IMG/VR virus record: IMGVR_UViG_3300044878_000205
Coordinates: 12,589-76,588 of that record
From: a virus
Lineage: Duplodnaviria > Caudoviricetes
DNA: 64,000 nt
Direction: 5' to 3' (one strand)
Position numbers and translations under genes: made by a program. Every line of letters starts with the position of its first letter. The stretch's first letter is position 1. This document shows positions 8,887 through 16,662 of this stretch, piece after piece. The notes below the pieces were generated by a model, which saw only the letters and a list, made by a program, of their open reading frames with translations, was not told where the DNA came from and did not search any database.

Positions 8887-9378
8887 ATGAGTGTCCTCTA
8901 TACCCTGCCGCTAATTGACGGTCCGCTGACGTTGACCCTGGACGGTGACGCGTTGGCCGCCTTGAACCGCTATCGGCAGCTTTTGGTCTGGTCGGTCTCT
9001 CCCTGGCTTGGCCCACCGGGCGAGCCGGTGCATGAGGGATTGATCGAGGCAATGACTACGCTGGCCGATGCGATGTCGAGGTTGTCCAAGGATGCGCGCC
9101 GTGTGCCCGCTGATCCCACGCAAGGAGCCCCCGCCCGGCCATCCGTATTGATTAATGGCGTCGAGTACGTGCCCCGCGCCGAGGTGCCGGAGCTGACCGA
9201 CGAACGCCTGCAGCGCGCCCTGGGCGAGCTGGTGGCCATCCAGTATTTCCGCGAGGACCACAAGGCGGTTCGCCAAGCCTGGGACGCGCTCAAGGCGCTG
9301 GCCCCCGAGTTGGCCGAGCTGGCCGCCCGCGACTCGCAGGCCGCGTATTATCGAATCCACGGCACTCCCGACGACTGA
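8887..9378 (+). CDS. Hypothetical protein, unit-2 specific
   Basis: aaggag RBS, 163-aa ORF. Confidence 0.65.
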   Translation: MSVLYTLPLIDGPLTLTLDGDALAALNRYRQLLVWSVSPWLGPPGEPVHEGLIEAMTTLADAMSRLSKDARRVPADPTQGAPARPSVLINGVEYVPRAEVPELTDERLQRALGELVAIQYFREDHKAVRQAWDALKALAPELAELAARDSQAAYYRIHGTPDD

Positions 9379-9392
9379 AAGGAACCCCCGCC

Positions 9393-9635
9393 ATGCCGAC
9401 CTATCACGACCGCTACGCCGCCCGCCTGCGGGCCTTTGTCTCAACGTGGTCCGGCCACAACATGGCCCATATCGCCTACCTGTCCGGGCGCAAGGCGCGC
9501 TCCCAGGGCCGTTCGCGGGGCTGGTCGTATGCTGGTGTCCTGACCTATCCGGCGCAGCGCCTGGCCCGCCTTGGTTATGTCGATGAGGCGCGCGGCCTGC
9601 CGGACCGGCTGGAGCGTGAGCGGTGGCAGGATTGA
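9393..9635 (+). CDS. Hypothetical protein (cassette with shared leader)
   Basis: Preceded by gaaaggaacccccgccATG. Confidence 0.65.
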   Translation: MPTYHDRYAARLRAFVSTWSGHNMAHIAYLSGRKARSQGRSRGWSYAGVLTYPAQRLARLGYVDEARGLPDRLERERWQD

Positions 9636-9644
9636 GCCCCGCGC

Positions 9645-9672
9645 GTTACGAGTAACGGCGTTTATGTCAAAT
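9645..9672 (+). other. XerC/XerD dif-like recombination site
   Basis: gttacgagtaa-cggcgt-ttatgtcaaat: 11-6-11 layout, right arm 10/11 to the XerD arm TTATGTTAAAT. Confidence 0.75.
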
Positions 9673-9684
9673 CGCACGGCACAC

Positions 9685-9711
9685 AAGGCTACCAAAGGGT
9701 GGCCTTTTTTT
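9685..9711 (+). terminator. Intrinsic terminator
   Basis: aaggctacc-aaag-ggtggcctt + T-run. Confidence 0.65.
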
Positions 9712-9808
9712 GTGCCCGCCGTTACCACTTTGCGGTAAAATGGACTACCGTTTTAGCGTGTTCTGGTTTTAGAGCGCGTCACCCCACACCCCGAAAAGGA
9801 GATCCCGC

Positions 9809-10162
9809 ATGACCCTGCTGACCCCGATAATTCGCAAAGACACCCCGGACGCGGAGTACCGCTTTTTTGTCTACTGCCCCAACGACGCAGACTTCACCTA
9901 CTACCGCAGCGCAGAGGACCGCGACAAGGACGCTGACCGGGTGATCCAGTCCTATCTCGATGATGGCTGGGATGAAATGGTCGAACAGGTGGTGGCTGGG
10001 GAAATGACCCACTTCTGCGGGCAGGTCGGTCGCGAAGATCGACCCGCCGAGAGCGAGCTGGATGAAGAGCAGTGCGACGGCACCGGCAAGCATTGGGGCG
10101 AGTGGGATTACACCTGCAATTACGATCTGCTGCCGTTGGCAGAGCTAGAGGTAGCGGCATGA
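9809..10162 (+). CDS. Acidic hypothetical phage protein, unit-2 specific
   Basis: aaggag RBS; stop overlaps next start. Confidence 0.7.
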   Translation: MTLLTPIIRKDTPDAEYRFFVYCPNDADFTYYRSAEDRDKDADRVIQSYLDDGWDEMVEQVVAGEMTHFCGQVGREDRPAESELDEEQCDGTGKHWGEWDYTCNYDLLPLAELEVAA

Positions 10163-10518
10163 GCATCGCCGTGGATATTGACGCCCAGGTGAGCCTGCTG
10201 CTGGAGCGCCTGGACAACACCGCGACCGATGCCCAGCTGCTGGTCGGGTTGTGCGCCCAGGCGCCGCTGGTACGGGAGGTGGCCGCCGCCTGCCGGCAGA
10301 CCGCCGCCTTTACCCGATCCGCCGCGCAGTTCGCGGCCTTCCAGGTCGAACTGGAAGCGGAGCATGCCGAGGACGAGCGCCTGCTCGCGGCCTGGCTGCA
10401 CTTTCTGGATCGCCTCATCAGTGCCCCGACTCGCTTGCACATGATCGGCTCGGTGCGCCTGTGCTTGCCGCTGGTGGCCCACTACCTGCCGGAGGTCGGC
10501 GATGGCGACCCTCGCTGA
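10159..10518 (+). CDS. Hypothetical protein, unit-2 specific
   Basis: ATGA overlap with previous gene; start reassigned. Confidence 0.65.
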   Translation: MSIAVDIDAQVSLLLERLDNTATDAQLLVGLCAQAPLVREVAAACRQTAAFTRSAAQFAAFQVELEAEHAEDERLLAAWLHFLDRLISAPTRLHMIGSVRLCLPLVAHYLPEVGDGDPR

Positions 10519-10678
10519 AATTCGCGACCTGCTGCAGCGCGGCGAAACCGTGAGTCTGCAGCGCCGTTACGTGGCGCGCGTGCTGGAAGGCCTGGCCGCC
10601 TCGGCGCAGGGCACCGAGCAATACCGCGTGACCCCGCGGCCGGGTCGCATGGCCGACCTGGTCCTGGAGCGAAAATGA
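10502..10678 (+). CDS. Small hypothetical protein (58 aa, not in ORF track)
   Basis: ggagg RBS; MATLAEIRDLLQRGE...LVLERK; stop overlaps ATG 10675. Confidence 0.55.
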   Translation: MATLAEIRDLLQRGETVSLQRRYVARVLEGLAASAQGTEQYRVTPRPGRMADLVLERK

Positions 10679-10881
10679 ACAATCGTCACGGGCTGGACGT
10701 GGACTACTTCCGGCGCAAATTGCTGCGCCTGGCCCGTGACCTGGAGCAACAAACGCCGTCCGACTTTGCTCGGGACTGTGCGCGTCTGTCGTGTCAGGCA
10801 GACGCGGCGGTGCGGGCTCAGGCAGAGTACGCCCGCCCGGCGCCGGCCCCCGACGATCAAGACCTGCAGGAGGAGCGCTAA
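10675..10881 (+). CDS. Hypothetical protein
   Basis: Homolog at 48775-48981. Confidence 0.7.
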   Translation: MNNRHGLDVDYFRRKLLRLARDLEQQTPSDFARDCARLSCQADAAVRAQAEYARPAPAPDDQDLQEER

Positions 10882-11279
10882 TGCCCCGTTACTGGATTCG
10901 TTTCACTGTGACCACCAAGCGCCAAAGCACGGAGCACACGCGCACTCTGGAAACGGAATTCCCGCTCGAATACGACAGCGATATCGCCGCATTGCAAAAG
11001 GCCCTGGAGGCGTCCCGCAGCCCTGGCAGCACGGTGACGCTGACCACCTGGCGCGAACTCAAAGGCGAGTCGCGCTACGTCGATCCCTGGTCAACCACGC
11101 ATAACCCGCTGGCCGATCCGACGCAGCCGGCAGGCTGGATCTATACCCTGCACCTGGACGAGGGGCGGACCGTCAGCCGCTTCAGCTGGACCCCGGACAA
11201 TCCGTTCGGCGATGTCGCTGCCGGGCAGGCGCTGACCGTGGCGCCGTTGAAGGTCGACCTGGACGAGGCGACGTCGTGA
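10881..11279 (+). CDS. Hypothetical protein
   Basis: aggag RBS; homolog at 48981-49379. Confidence 0.75.
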   Translation: MPRYWIRFTVTTKRQSTEHTRTLETEFPLEYDSDIAALQKALEASRSPGSTVTLTTWRELKGESRYVDPWSTTHNPLADPTQPAGWIYTLHLDEGRTVSRFSWTPDNPFGDVAAGQALTVAPLKVDLDEATS

Positions 11280-11431
11280 CGGCGTGCCTGGGGCTGGTCG
11301 GTGAGGCGCGGCTGGGCGCGACCCCGGCTGGGCTGGTACGCTGGCACCGCTGCCGGGCGGTGGCAGTTGGCCGCGCCGCGCCGCTGTGGCAAGGTGCGCG
11401 CCAGTCTCATGGATTTGATGCGAGGGTATGC

Positions 11432-11683
11432 ATGATTGGAAAGGCCTTGGATGAGGATGCGTTGCGGCTGCTGGTGAGCCAGCAGGCGGTGCGCGAGTGC
11501 AAGGTGGCCCGGCAACGGCAGGCCCCGCAGCGCTGGACCCTGGAGGTGCGCTTGGGCGGGTCGCAGGCGCGCTGGATACCGGTGCGCTCGCGGCGTGAAC
11601 CGGTGCGAACCTGGGCCAGCCTGGAGACCCTGAGCCGCTTTGCCGTGGCGGTCGGCCTGCAGGAGTTTGTCGTGGAGCTGTGA
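11432..11683 (+). CDS. Small hypothetical protein (RSRREPVRTWASL type)
   Basis: gaggg RBS; homolog at 49478-49729. Confidence 0.7.
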   Translation: MIGKALDEDALRLLVSQQAVRECKVARQRQAPQRWTLEVRLGGSQARWIPVRSRREPVRTWASLETLSRFAVAVGLQEFVVEL

Positions 11684-11698
11684 CCGGTCACATGCGCA

Positions 11699-11730
11699 CA
11701 AAAAAGCCCCGAACCAGTCGGGGCTTTTTG
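11699..11730. terminator. Bidirectional intrinsic terminator
   Basis: aaaaaagccccga-accag-tcggggcttttt between convergent operons; identical in unit 3. Confidence 0.85.
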
Positions 11731-11747
11731 TTGGGCGCTGGAGCGGC

Positions 11748-11891
11748 CTAGCGGTTCCACCGTGCCAGGGCCAAGGCTTGCTTGGTCCGCGGTGAGCAAG
11801 TGGCGAGGAAGTAGGCCATCTGCCGCGCGGACAGGTTCAGCAGTTCGTTCAGCGGTTTGGCGCGCAGGGTGGTATATTCGTGCTCTGACAT
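11748..11891 (-). CDS. Small conserved protein (47 aa, not in ORF track) downstream of the partition genes
   Basis: aaaaggt RBS; MSEHEYTTLRAKPLNELL...LARWNR; same length and near-identical at 49794-49937. Confidence 0.65.
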   Translation of the reverse strand: MSEHEYTTLRAKPLNELLNLSARQMAYFLATCSPRTKQALALARWNR

Positions 11892-11966
11892 GTCGGTTAC
11901 CTTTTGCGGGGTTTCGGTGTGTTATGAGCGCCCAGGTCTTCGACCACCTGGGCGCTCAATCCCTTC

Positions 11967-12263
11967 TCAGTTGCTGGGTTCCCAGCCTTTCTTTTTCATG
12001 TAATCAGCCATCGCTTCTTTCAGCACATCCACTTGCGCCATGTCGTTGCTCGCGCAGAACAGGCGGAAGTTGCGGCGGTACTCCTGGGCGACCTTAAAGC
12101 CCAAATCCACCAGTTTGTTATCGGCCGGCACCTTGGTGTTGTTGCCGACGCTGGCCGTTTCCGCGGCGGACTGCGGCGGCTCGCCCAGGCTGCGGCGCGG
12201 GGGCTTGGCCACTTTGACGGCTGGGGCGGTAGTGGGCTTGGTTTGGGTGGTATTGGTGGGCAT
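11967..12263 (-). CDS. ParG-like ribbon-helix-helix centromere-binding protein
   Basis: Disordered N-terminus + LGFKVAQEYRRNFRLFCA...VDVLKEAM RHH pattern; directly downstream of parA. Confidence 0.7.
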   Translation of the reverse strand: MPTNTTQTKPTTAPAVKVAKPPRRSLGEPPQSAAETASVGNNTKVPADNKLVDLGFKVAQEYRRNFRLFCASNDMAQVDVLKEAMADYMKKKGWEPSN

Positions 12264-12307
12264 GGCAGTGATCCTGTGGTGAATGACTGGAGCTTAGCAG
12301 GGGTTGC

Positions 12308-12335
12308 GCTAATTAGCTAATTCGCTAATTGGCTA
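12308..12335. repeat. parS-like 8-bp repeats between parA and the RHH gene
   Basis: gctaattagctaattcgctaattggcta. Confidence 0.65.
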
Positions 12336-12341
12336 TGCGGA

Positions 12342-12995
12342 TCAAACCGCGGTCAGCCGTTCAAAGTGGTCAACGGCGGATTGGATGACTTCCAGGGCTT
12401 TCAGGCGCGGCCCTTTGTACGGGGTTTCGATGATCGAGCGGCCTTCGTTCATGGCGTTGGCGTAAGCGTCTTGATGCTGAATCGAGCCGGCGAGCACGGC
12501 AAAGCGGGTCTTGCCCAGGTACTCGCGCGCGAGGTCAATCGGCGCCTTGCGCGCTGTGGCCTTGCACAAGGCAAAGACCAGGCGCTCGGCGGGGATGCCG
12601 TGTTGGTCGACCAGACTGTTGGCCAGGGCCACCTGCGGCTCCAGGTCATCCAGGGTCAGGCCGGTGGGCAAAATCAGCAGCTGACAGGCTTTGGCGATCT
12701 TCACGGTTTCTTCGGTGGCGTTGGCCGGGCCGTCGAAAATGAACAGGTCCGCGTCACCGGCGCGGCTGAGGGCGGTGGCGACGTTTCCATACAGCTGCAC
12801 TGGCACGTCGGGGGTGATGCCGGCGCGCAGGCGGCGGTGTTGCCAGTTGGTGGCGGTGGCTTGTTTGGTGTCGAGGTCGATGATCTTCATCAGCCAGCCG
12901 GCTTCGGTGTAGGCGGTGCCGAGGGCGCGGGCCATGGTGGATTTCCAGGCGCCGCCTTTCTGTGAAATGCAGCCGATAGCGAGGGGGATTTGCAT
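12342..12995 (-). CDS. parA: Type Ib ParA/ParF partition ATPase
   Basis: SQKGGAWKST deviant Walker A, IIDLDTKQ, FIFDGPA; 217 aa without HTH; start reassigned. Confidence 0.9.
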   Translation of the reverse strand: MQIPLAIGCISQKGGAWKSTMARALGTAYTEAGWLMKIIDLDTKQATATNWQHRRLRAGITPDVPVQLYGNVATALSRAGDADLFIFDGPANATEETVKIAKACQLLILPTGLTLDDLEPQVALANSLVDQHGIPAERLVFALCKATARKAPIDLAREYLGKTRFAVLAGSIQHQDAYANAMNEGRSIIETPYKGPRLKALEVIQSAVDHFERLTAV

Positions 12996-13010
12996 GCGGG
13001 GTTTCCTTGT

Positions 13011-13107
13011 GCGATTTAGCGAATTAGCTAACGTCGGAGCCAGTATAGGCAGCACGGGGGAAACTGCATAGCGAATTTGCGAATTAGCTAATGGGCTAAC
13101 TCGCAAA
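13011..13107. repeat. Two parS/operator-like 8-bp repeat arrays upstream of parA
   Basis: 13011-13031 and 13069-13107 (gcgaatttgcgaattagctaatgggctaactcgc). Confidence 0.7.
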
Positions 13108-13148
13108 CTGGAGAGGGCCGGGGGTGGCGGCTGGGCGGGGGCGGTCTG

Positions 13149-13400
13149 TTACTGCGGGGCGACGAGGGCGGTCGGGGTCATTTGCCCCGTCATATGGGAC
13201 AGTTCGTCCAGGGATTCGGTCAATTGCGCGGCCAGTGCTGCGATCCGTTCGAGTGCGTTCAGATCGCCTTCGCTGATGGCCACTTTGGCCATCGCCTCAA
13301 TCCCGGCAGCCTGTGCGCTTTTCCGCGTCAGCCGGGTAAAGAGGTAGCGTTGCGTGTCTTCAGTGAACAGCACCACACCATCAATCATTCCGTTAGTCAT
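13149..13400 (-). CDS. Hypothetical protein
   Basis: aaggtag RBS; homolog at 51204-51479. Confidence 0.65.
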   Translation of the reverse strand: MTNGMIDGVVLFTEDTQRYLFTRLTRKSAQAAGIEAMAKVAISEGDLNALERIAALAAQLTESLDELSHMTGQMTPTALVAPQ

Positions 13401-13481
13401 CAGATTACTACCTTGCAAACTGTTAATTACACTTATGCTGTAAGTGTTGGGCGTAAGAACGCCCCGTGAGGGGCAGGGGGT

Positions 13482-14141
13482 TTAGCGCAGGTGAGCGATC
13501 ATTCTAACGCGGCCGAGGATGTGCATGCCGGCCATGGTTTGCGCGCTGACTTGTTCGTCGGGAAAGCGCTCGCGCAACTCGGCCTGAATGCAATACGAGC
13601 CGTCGATGTTCTGCCGAATCCAGCGCAGCCACAGGCGCCCGTTAATGATCAGCGCGAACAGGTCATCTTGCAGCACCTTGGTGTCGGTCAGGTCGATCAA
13701 CACCCGATCATCCTTGGTGATGACCCCGCTCATGCTGTCGTCGGGGGCGACCACCAGCAGCAGGCGCTCGCGGTCCAGCTTGAACTCTTTGAGAAAGGTC
13801 TTGCGAAAGGCCAGGGCATCGTCGGCCAGCTCGATCAAGCCACTGGCGGTGGCGATCGGTTCGGCCAAGGGCACGGTGTAGCGGGCGGCTTCTGGTGAGG
13901 TGCCATCGTCGTCGGAGAGTGCCGCGAGCCAGGCCGCCGGCTTGCCGAATAGTTGACTGAGGGCAATCAGGATGTCGCCGGGCGGGATGTTGATGCCGAG
14001 TTCCCAGTTACCGTAGCGCGAGGGGATGACCTTGTTCTGAACGATGGCCGACAGGTTTTGCGCGGTCTCTTGATAAGTCCAGCCTTTGGCGGCGCGGCAG
14101 GCCTTTAGGCGGGCGGAAATCTTGGGGCGAATATCAAACAT
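13482..14141 (-). CDS. CI-like repressor (XRE HTH + S24-like domain)
   Basis: RLKACR...YGNWELG HTH, DDSM motif; divergent from the cro-like gene. Confidence 0.85.
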   Translation of the reverse strand: MFDIRPKISARLKACRAAKGWTYQETAQNLSAIVQNKVIPSRYGNWELGINIPPGDILIALSQLFGKPAAWLAALSDDDGTSPEAARYTVPLAEPIATASGLIELADDALAFRKTFLKEFKLDRERLLLVVAPDDSMSGVITKDDRVLIDLTDTKVLQDDLFALIINGRLWLRWIRQNIDGSYCIQAELRERFPDEQVSAQTMAGMHILGRVRMIAHLR

Positions 14142-14267
14142 GGGTATCTCGACCAGTTGTCTACTGCTCCAAATATACACGCAAACTGTAAAATAACATT
14201 CAAGCTGTTGTTTTTTTCTGAGGCCCGCATAGAATAACCAGTAATACTGTTTAAAACAGGTTGCTCT
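14142..14267. promoter_or_regulatory. Divergent immunity region
   Basis: AT-rich spacer between repressor and cro; contains aatactgttta and the near-palindrome ctgtttaaaacag. Confidence 0.7.
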
Positions 14268-14498
14268 GTGGAACTCAACGATTGGATCAACAGCTTGGCC
14301 CCCACCGCGGCCTCACAGGTCGCGGCGGATCTGCTCGGCGAAAAGCGCCGCACCGTGGATTCCTGGCGGCGCTTTGAAAACCCGCCGGTGTTCCGCGCGG
14401 CGCACAAGATCACCCGCGTGTCACAGGGCCTGGTCGACTTCAACGGCATTTATGCGCCGTATGCGCGTGCCCTGGAGGCTGGCCATGTCCAGTCCTAA
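14268..14498 (+). CDS. Cro-like HTH protein
   Basis: VAADLLGEKRRTVDSWRR HTH; position opposite the repressor. Confidence 0.75.
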   Translation: MELNDWINSLAPTAASQVAADLLGEKRRTVDSWRRFENPPVFRAAHKITRVSQGLVDFNGIYAPYARALEAGHVQS

Positions 14499-15078
14499 GC
14501 CGTGGCTGTGGTCGTCGCTGGTGATCAGCAAAAAGCTCGAGCAGCGCTTTGGCCTGATCGGCATGGCCCGGCTGTTAAAGCTGGTGGAGCTGGTCGACGA
14601 GCGGTTGCCGGCGGAAGGGCCGTTGACCGTGGTGCTGGCCTGGGGTGATTTCCTCACCGAGCTGAGCTGCAACCAGGAGCAGGCCACCGAGTTCCTCGCC
14701 TATTGCGACCATGCCCGGGTGCTGGACCAAGCCACCGAGGACGGCCGCTTGCGCCTGACCCTGGTCGGCGAGCTGGCCTTGCGCTTGCGCCCGGCCGTGC
14801 CGACCCCGCAGCCGCAGGCCTCCGGGCGCCTGCTGTTCGACACCGATAAGCAGTGGGCCGCCTGGTTTAAAGACGACCTCAACTGCCCGCCATACCTGGC
14901 CAATGATCCGCTGACCCGCCAATTGTTCCGCCGCTGGTGTGCCACCAACGTCACGGTCGATGAAGTCGAGGCCGCCACCGAGCGCGCCTTGGCCGCCGGT
15001 GAAGCGCCGCTGCCGTTGGTGCTGCACGACCACCTGAAAGTCATCCGTCAAGCCAAGATCGACCGCGCAGTGGCCTAA
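14485..15078 (+). CDS. Hypothetical early protein
   Basis: ggagg RBS; homolog at 52565-53158. Confidence 0.75.
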   Translation: MSSPKPWLWSSLVISKKLEQRFGLIGMARLLKLVELVDERLPAEGPLTVVLAWGDFLTELSCNQEQATEFLAYCDHARVLDQATEDGRLRLTLVGELALRLRPAVPTPQPQASGRLLFDTDKQWAAWFKDDLNCPPYLANDPLTRQLFRRWCATNVTVDEVEAATERALAAGEAPLPLVLHDHLKVIRQAKIDRAVA

Positions 15079-15098
15079 GCGCGGCAAGGGGAATTGCT

Positions 15099-15527
15099 GT
15101 GTTGTTGATTGCTCTCTCGGGCGGCCTGCCCGCTGAACGTTTGGCCATTGCCGACCACCTGGTGGCATCCGGCAAAGCCCGCCTGGCGTCCTATGCGCAG
15201 ACCACGCCGCGGGCTGACTTCGGCGTGTCGCGTGCGCGCATCCTTGGCGAGGCCTTGTCCAGCCTGGAAGGCCGGCGCTCGCTGGCCGGGGGCTTGGTGG
15301 TGGTGCATTGCCTGTCGGCCGAGGAGGCGCAGCTGGTGCGCGAACAGGGCGGGGTACTGTGGCATGTGCATGGCAGCATTCATTCCGGGTCGGTGGCGAT
15401 TCGCCGCGAAGACGTGATGGTCACCGATGGCCAGGCCGGTTACGCCCATGTCCGCGCGCCGCTGGAGGCGCTGTCCGAGCTGCTGCTGGCTCAGGGCTTG
15501 GGCAAGCGAGCCACCACTCTTGGTTAG
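15099..15527 (+). CDS. Hypothetical protein, weak resemblance to phage dNMP kinases
   Basis: LIALSG start and EEAQLVREQGGVLWHV pattern; P-loop degenerate. Confidence 0.55.
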   Translation: MLLIALSGGLPAERLAIADHLVASGKARLASYAQTTPRADFGVSRARILGEALSSLEGRRSLAGGLVVVHCLSAEEAQLVREQGGVLWHVHGSIHSGSVAIRREDVMVTDGQAGYAHVRAPLEALSELLLAQGLGKRATTLG

Positions 15528-15726
15528 CCGGGCACTGCCGGGCTACGCCTATGGCGATCCGGCGAAGATTGTCGAAGCGCAGGAGATTCGCGCCAAGGGC
15601 TGCAGCGTGTGTACGCGGGCGGTGTTCATCTTTGATCTGCCGGTGTGCAGCAACAACTTGAAGTTTCCGGCCTGTCGCCGGGATCGCAGAAACGGCCATC
15701 AGCTGACCCCTGAAGCCGGCGGCTAA
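15520..15726 (+). CDS. Small Cys-rich hypothetical protein
   Basis: YGDPAKIVE...CSVC...C...C; TTG start inferred; homolog at 53600. Confidence 0.6.
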   Translation: MVSRALPGYAYGDPAKIVEAQEIRAKGCSVCTRAVFIFDLPVCSNNLKFPACRRDRRNGHQLTPEAGG

Positions 15727-15736
15727 GGGGCAAGCA

Positions 15737-16159
15737 ATGGCAAGGCGCGCGCGCAACGGATTGGACGATGCCCTGGAGCTGTGGGCCCGCTGGTGTTTTG
15801 CCGGCGGTGAGCAGGCCAGTGCTGGTCGCTCGATGCTGGCCAAGTTGATCGACAACAAGGGCGAGCTGATGTTTGGCAGCAGTGGTGGCTCGCGTGAGCC
15901 GTCCGACAGCCTCGAGGCGCACATTGAATCGGCCGCCCTGCGCTTGTTTGCCCGTGACCCGTTGTGCGCCGATGTGCTGCGCCTGGAGTACGGCGCCGGT
16001 TGGTGGCAAGTCGCCAAGCGCCGGCGCATCGGCGGCTATGACCCGCGAGGCATCGGCCAGTTTGAACACGCCGCGGCCCTGGGCATCAGTCTGCGGACCT
16101 ACCGCCGGCGGTTGGCCGAGGCTCGCGCCTTTATCGAAGACCAAGTGGGGACCGTATGA
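15737..16159 (+). CDS. Q-like antiterminator / late regulator
   Basis: LELWARW N-terminus, C-terminal HTH AAALGISLRTYRRRL. Confidence 0.65.
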   Translation: MARRARNGLDDALELWARWCFAGGEQASAGRSMLAKLIDNKGELMFGSSGGSREPSDSLEAHIESAALRLFARDPLCADVLRLEYGAGWWQVAKRRRIGGYDPRGIGQFEHAAALGISLRTYRRRLAEARAFIEDQVGTV

Positions 16160-16662
16160 CCATGCACCCGTTGTTTGCTGGATTTAAGGACGTCAGTCCC
16201 TACGCGCTGGGCGCTGCCCTGGGCTTTGCGGTGCATGTCGAGGTCGGGCGCGGCAGCTTGCCGTCGGAGCTGCCGACGGAAGTGGTTGGGCGCCTGCAGG
16301 CCGGTGGAGATCTGGCCGGTCATCTGTGGGCCGGTGGCTGGGAGGCGCCGGGGCGTGCGCACTGCCTGATGTTCGTCAAGCCGCTGACCGCGCTGGCCTC
16401 GGTGTGCTGGCTGGCCGGGCTGGGTGGACAGTGGATCGATCTGCGCCCGAGCTACTTCTACACCGGCGCGCAGGTGCTGGGCGATCTGGAGGCGGCGCTG
16501 TACGCGGCCGGCGGTGAATCGACGTTGGGCTGGCCACGGGTGGCGCCGGCGGACACGCAACTGTTCGCTGAGGCCTTCGCCTTGCTCCTGGACGGGTTTA
16601 TGGTGCAGTCCGGCAACGATCAGTTGCCCTTGGAGTGTCTGGAGCTCTCTCCATCATGCTGA
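16156..16662 (+). CDS. Hypothetical protein
   Basis: ATGA overlap; homolog at 54235. Confidence 0.7.
   Translation: MTMHPLFAGFKDVSPYALGAALGFAVHVEVGRGSLPSELPTEVVGRLQAGGDLAGHLWAGGWEAPGRAHCLMFVKPLTALASVCWLAGLGGQWIDLRPSYFYTGAQVLGDLEAALYAAGGESTLGWPRVAPADTQLFAEAFALLLDGFMVQSGNDQLPLECLELSPSC

Noticed and set aside
11679-11692. matS or CRP/Vfr site
   Set aside because: Spacing is wrong: matS is GTGAC-N3-GTCAC and CRP is TGTGA-N6-TCACA.
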